This document shows, piece by piece, positions 59,690-64,000 of a DNA stretch of 64,000 nucleotides (the stretch's first letter is position 1; every line of letters begins with the position of its first letter). The stretch lies in the NCBI GenBank assembly GCA_963835575.1, contig CAWIGG010000004.1:832001-896000 (forward strand). Direction: 5' to 3'. The translations under genes and the position numbers were made by a program. Source of the stretch: an uncultured Spirochaetota bacterium (GTDB taxonomy: Bacteria; Spirochaetota; Brevinematia; Brevinematales; JAOACQ01). Under the pieces are notes generated by a model, which saw only the letters and a program-made list of their open reading frames with translations, did not search any database and was not told where the DNA came from.

Positions 59690-61216
59690 TTACGCTAAAA
59701 GTAGACGTAACCACTTCTCTATTTCAGCATTTTCAAGTTTTTTCGTTTCTACTTCTCGTACATGCATAGCAACTCTAGAGAGATTATATTCATTATAGAA
59801 TTCGTTACTATCCAAAGCGTAATTTTCTTTATGCGGTCCACGAACTAAAGCAGAATCTTTAAATATAGCAAAATACCATTCTCCATAAATATCATCTTGC
59901 TTTTCTTTCCTTAAAATCAAATTCACGGAATATTCGTTCTTTGTACCACTTAAATTCATCACCCCAACCAAAATTATCAGTTCTTTATCGAAAATTATAC
60001 CTTCAGGTTCTTGCATAACCATTCCATATTTTTGTTTCTGAAATTCTATAGATCTTCTTCTTCGTTCATCTTTATAATTAGCAATCCCATTCACATCAAA
60101 AAATGATATATCTAATGCTCGTTCCATAAAAGATACTCTTAGACTTTCTAAATTATTTCTTTTCCCATTTTTTATGATGAATTTTGCATTTTCTAAGTTT
60201 TTGTTCACAGACTCAACTAGAGAACATACAGAATTAATCAATTCATTGATAGAATAATTTAAATATCGCAACTTCTCCTCATGTTCATCTTGTCTCTTTG
60301 AGCTTTTTGCCAATTCCTCTTCTTTTTTTCTAATAAGCTGATGAGCCATACTAGCAATCGACGTAGCTATATTCGCGTCTTTTGTATTACTTTTAAGAAA
60401 ATCGTTAAGACTCTTAAGTATTTCTTCATCATTTTTATATCGCTGGTCCTTTTTTTTATTTGACATCTTTATGATTATTTCTTTTAATTTTATAGGAACA
60501 TCGCTTCTATTTGTACTTAAATCCGGTAACGGTTCAAATAGATGACACTGTCTATAATCTTGTGGTGTTGCACAAATATAGGGTTTCTTAAGTGTTAAGA
60601 TTTCAAAGAACATTATCCCCATTGAATAAATGTCCATTGAAATCGTATTTGCTTCTCCAAGCCATGCTTCAGGAGACATATAAGCATAAGTCCCTGCACC
60701 TTTAAAAGAGAATGTTTTTGTTGATTCATCTACATATTTTGACATTCCAAAATCGCAAACCTTAGCTGTGCCATCCACATCAATTAATATATTATTCGGC
60801 TTCAAGTCTCTATGTATCACTTTTTTATGAGCATATTCCAATCCTTTCAATATATCTGTAAAAATACTATAGCATTTATCCAAAGGCAACATAACCTTCT
60901 GCGTTTTTAGAAATGCATCTAGGCTGCCATTAGGCATATATTTCATTACCAAATAAAAATAATCACCCGCATCACTTTCTCCAGAATAGTAAGTACTTAT
61001 TATATTAGCATGTGCTAGTGTGGCGGATATATCTATTTCTCTTTTTAAGGTTTGTCTATATTGCTCATCAAAGATAGGGGCAATTTTTATTGCCACTTTC
61101 GTTTTATTTATTAAATCATCAGATAGATAGACGTCGCCAAATCCACCTGCATTAATTTTTGTACCAAGCTCATACTGTTCACTGCTTTCAGGACCTCGTA
61201 ATTTATTCATGACCAC
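59690..61216 (-). CDS. Hanks-type Ser/Thr protein kinase with unknown C-terminal domain, AT-rich
   Basis: GGFGDVY, VAIK, HRDLKPNN, DFG, GTYAYMSPE, DIYSMG; no TM segment. Confidence 0.93.
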   Translation of the reverse strand: MVMNKLRGPESSEQYELGTKINAGGFGDVYLSDDLINKTKVAIKIAPIFDEQYRQTLKREIDISATLAHANIISTYYSGESDAGDYFYLVMKYMPNGSLDAFLKTQKVMLPLDKCYSIFTDILKGLEYAHKKVIHRDLKPNNILIDVDGTAKVCDFGMSKYVDESTKTFSFKGAGTYAYMSPEAWLGEANTISMDIYSMGIMFFEILTLKKPYICATPQDYRQCHLFEPLPDLSTNRSDVPIKLKEIIIKMSNKKKDQRYKNDEEILKSLNDFLKSNTKDANIATSIASMAHQLIRKKEEELAKSSKRQDEHEEKLRYLNYSINELINSVCSLVESVNKNLENAKFIIKNGKRNNLESLRVSFMERALDISFFDVNGIANYKDERRRRSIEFQKQKYGMVMQEPEGIIFDKELIILVGVMNLSGTKNEYSVNLILRKEKQDDIYGEWYFAIFKDSALVRGPHKENYALDSNEFYNEYNLSRVAMHVREVETKKLENAEIEKWLRLLLA

Positions 61217-61295
61217 TTTTACTCCCTCATATGAAATTTGTATTACGTCTTACTTCATATAAGCAAATTTAATATATGTGAATTTTCTCCCCTTC

Positions 61296-61324
61296 ATCTT
61301 AATAAAGCCCAATTCACCTGTCAA
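61296..61324 (-). promoter_or_regulatory. sigma70 promoter for the kinase
   Basis: TTGACA-17 nt-TAAGAT just inside the repeat end. Confidence 0.6.
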
Positions 61325-61521
61325 GACCGATATCGGGACGCAATAATCTGATCCGTGAAAATCCGCATCATCCGCCTAATCCGCGTGCCGAATCGGATCA
61401 GTACAATAAGGCGGCAATTATTATAGAATTACAATAGCTTAACAAAGGCATTGAAATGAAATAATTCTCTGTGCCCCTGTGTCTCGATAGCGAATTCTCT
61501 GTGGCGGTTTATCCTGTAATT

Positions 61522-62178
61522 CTATTTATCCTTCCATAGTGTCTCGCCCTTTATGAGCCATGAAACGCCGAAAGCCCATAGAGTGAATGATTCCAGAATC
61601 AAATCGGGTTTGATAATTGAAATTATTGAAGTCTTTAAAAAGAATTCATATATTCCAATCAAGATTATAGAAATGACTATTATGATACCGCAGGCTCTAT
61701 ATATTCTATTTCTCACTATTTTTTGACCGGTCATTATTTTGGCGTTGCTTTTTGTAAACAGGAAGAAGGATATAAAAGCCAGTATCCCGAAGAATAAGCC
61801 GGCGCATATAAAATGAATTACCCCGGAAATATGATCGCTGATCTGAAATGTCCCGACTATTACGGCCTGATCACTTCCTGTAAATGTCGGAAACAGAGTC
61901 ACTCCAAGAGCGCAGGCCCCGCAGATTGTCGCTATAATATCGTCAAAATTACCGTAACCTTTGTAAGAGATTAAAAACAGGGCCAATCCGCATGTAATGC
62001 CGATAAAAACATCCCTCAAATTCGTATAATAATAACTGCTGATCGATTCCTGGATCGCTTTTCCCGCGATCAAACCGCCGATGAATAAAATAAACGGCAG
62101 GATAATCCCTAAAATACCGAGAATCCGGCGCATTGTTAAATACGATATTGTCAGACAATTGCTCTTTGGAACAGGCAT
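61522..62178 (-). CDS. DUF998-like membrane protein
   Basis: SISSYYYT, LFPT, IHFICA, FGVSWLIKG. Confidence 0.75.
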   Translation of the reverse strand: MPVPKSNCLTISYLTMRRILGILGIILPFILFIGGLIAGKAIQESISSYYYTNLRDVFIGITCGLALFLISYKGYGNFDDIIATICGACALGVTLFPTFTGSDQAVIVGTFQISDHISGVIHFICAGLFFGILAFISFFLFTKSNAKIMTGQKIVRNRIYRACGIIIVISIILIGIYEFFLKTSIISIIKPDLILESFTLWAFGVSWLIKGETLWKDK

Positions 62179-62315
62179 TGTTTCCTCCTTAAAGTTTTAG
62201 GTATTACTTCTGATATAATGCAAATTACAGAAATTTAGAGATTGCCGGGCGATTTTGCCAAAAGTGTACTCGCCGCAGCCGGCAACTTGATTTTAGACGT
62301 TGTAAAGAAAAAGTG

Positions 62316-62780
62316 TTATTCAACAACATTAAATCCCAATTTTGCATATAATTTCATCGCCGGTTCATTCCCTTCGAGTATTTTTAATGTAACTTCCATA
62401 CTTCCTTTTGAAAGTATTTCATTAACTGCATATTTTGTTAATTTTGAGCCATAACCTTTTCGCTGAAATTTCCTATCAATACTGAGAGATTGAATATAAT
62501 TATTAAGAAATAGTATAGACCCTATTAAATAATTGCCTATATCAAAGAGGAAATAAAATGTATCCTTATTTTTATTAAAAAATGATTTTATCTCACTTAA
62601 TTCTGATTCGGATGATTCGTTTATCCTGTGAGGAGTTATATTGTTTTTTCCCCGTAATTCGTAAAATAAGTCTGATTCCAAATCAAGTTCCATTTTAAAA
62701 TAATCATCACAATATTTTACCGGATTAATTTCCGGATCTTCATATATGGGTCCTTTATAAACTAATTTTAATTCATTCAT
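62316..62780 (-). CDS. GNAT family N-acetyltransferase, AT-rich
   Basis: FQRKGYGSKL, NEPAMKLYAKLGF. Confidence 0.88.
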   Translation of the reverse strand: MNELKLVYKGPIYEDPEINPVKYCDDYFKMELDLESDLFYELRGKNNITPHRINESSESELSEIKSFFNKNKDTFYFLFDIGNYLIGSILFLNNYIQSLSIDRKFQRKGYGSKLTKYAVNEILSKGSMEVTLKILEGNEPAMKLYAKLGFNVVE

Positions 62781-62794
62781 TTGTCAGCCGCTTT

Positions 62795-63133
62795 TCAGAG
62801 GGCGTCTTCCCCGGTCTGGCCCGTCCTGATGCGGATGGCTTCCTCAATAGTGCTGATAAATATCTTCCCGTCGCCATGCTGGCCGGAATGGCAGATCGTC
62901 CGTATTTTTTCCACGATCTTTTCAACAAGCGCCTCGCCGGTGACTATTTCCAGCTTGGTTTTCGGGACCAGCGAAACATCGCCCTCGGCGAACTCGATGA
63001 TGCTCTGGTGCCCGCGCTGGTGGCCGAAGCCTCCTGCCTCGATAACGGTAATTCCCTGGACCCCCAGGTCTGAAAGGGCCTTCTGGATTTCAGCCAGTTT
63101 GGAACGGCGGATAATCACCTCTATTTTCTTCAT
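62795..63133 (-). CDS. glnB: P-II family nitrogen regulator
   Basis: MKKIEVIIR, GFGHQRG, PKTKLE, GDGKIF, IRIRTG; ATG at 63133. Confidence 0.9.
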   Translation of the reverse strand: MKKIEVIIRRSKLAEIQKALSDLGVQGITVIEAGGFGHQRGHQSIIEFAEGDVSLVPKTKLEIVTGEALVEKIVEKIRTICHSGQHGDGKIFISTIEEAIRIRTGQTGEDAL

Positions 63134-63436
63134 GAAGGGGCCTCCTGAACTGTCAATTATAAAAAATATAACCATATCTTACTGATGATATAAAAAAATT
63201 ACAATAAAATAAAAAATGCCGTATTTCCCGCGAAGATTTTCAATACAAAATTTCAACGGGATATTATTTCACAGTCATATTATTTCAATTTATATTTCTG
63301 ATCCGGAAAACTTTCAGATAAAACTGAAAATATTTCATTCAGGCCCCCATCCTTAATACGTAATGTTTGATTTTTCCGCCGTTCCGTGCTAAAATTTTGA
63401 ATTAGTTTTTTAGAGGGGCAGGTCATAGAGTAGAGT

Positions 63437-64000
63437 ATGGATCTGAAATTAAAAGATGTCTGCGGCCTTCTGGGCGTCGAAGAAAAAAAGCTTGTCGGCT
63501 GGATTAAAGAGAATAAAATACCGGCTTATGAAATCCAGCATCAATATTTTTTCAACAAAGCCGAAATTCACGAGTGGATCCTTAAAAACAACTGGCCGGT
63601 CTCAAAAAGCGCGCTGGACCTGGCTTTGACGAACGAGCCGGTCTCGCTCGTTTCCCTTCTGGACAAAGGCGGGATTTTTTATCAAATCCCGGGCAGGGAT
63701 GCCAGGTCGGTTATAAAGAATTCCGTAAAAAACATTCCTCTCCCGCCCGGACAGACCCAGGATACGGTTATTTCGACGCTGCTGGAAAGGGAGGAGATGA
63801 TGCCGACGGCGGTCGGTAAGGGGATTGCCATTCCCCATCCGCGGAACCCGATCGTTTCCGATATTGAAAACGAGAGCGTGTCCCTCTGCTTTTTAAAAAA
63901 TAAAATAGATTTCGGGGCGCTGGACGGACTGCCTATAACGGCGCTCTTTATTGTCCTCAGCGCGAATGCCAGAAGGCACCTGGAGATTTTATCTAAAATA
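63437..64000 (+). CDS. HTH (excisionase-like) + PTS EIIA(Ntr)-like protein, runs off window
   Basis: Not in ORF track; MDLKLKDVCGLLGV..WIKENKIPAY; LEREEMMPTAVGKGIAIPHPRNP. Confidence 0.88.
   Translation, partial: MDLKLKDVCGLLGVEEKKLVGWIKENKIPAYEIQHQYFFNKAEIHEWILKNNWPVSKSALDLALTNEPVSLVSLLDKGGIFYQIPGRDARSVIKNSVKNIPLPPGQTQDTVISTLLEREEMMPTAVGKGIAIPHPRNPIVSDIENESVSLCFLKNKIDFGALDGLPITALFIVLSANARRHLEILSKI

Larger units (their letters stand above)
59572..61398 (-). mobile_element. Repeat-bounded cassette carrying a Ser/Thr kinase
   Basis: (CGGAT)n ends at 59572-59619 and 61350-61398 match 51851-51898 and 51608-51656. Confidence 0.55.

Noticed and set aside
28992..61507. CRISPR array interpretation of the periodic repeats
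   Set aside because: Units are 9-10 bp, degenerate, lack unique spacers and occur as inverted pairs; no cas genes are present

Overview
Bacterial chromosomal window, probably from a spirochaete-like anaerobe (inferred from the fliK-flgD-flgE-flbD order, the LacI-GGDEF and FecR-PEGA-PQQ architectures and an [FeFe]-hydrogenase operon). Housekeeping content: a gyrA/parC-HAD-pyrB-recJ-holB run, thrS-infC-rpmI-rplT, tRNA-Cys/tRNA-Leu, cysS and ABC-F. Other loci: a flagellar hook cluster, lemA/TPM genes, a GT2 synthase with two glycoside hydrolases, a MacAB-TolC-type exporter, a four-subunit NAD-linked [FeFe]-hydrogenase, P-II and a PtsN-like gene. Most notable observations: (1) nested inverted repeats with about 9-10 bp periodicity that bracket different cargo (an AT-rich Ser/Thr kinase; a lipoprotein plus SDR; a decayed remnant; or nothing) with no recombinase in the window; (2) a RecJ with an intact DnaQ/DEDDh 3'-5' exonuclease inserted inside it; (3) a ~135-nt structured RNA candidate behind a near-consensus sigma70 promoter upstream of a GH26; (4) several small or frameshifted genes missed by the ORF track. 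Three single-base frameshifts and one head-to-head double truncation could be assembly artefacts.
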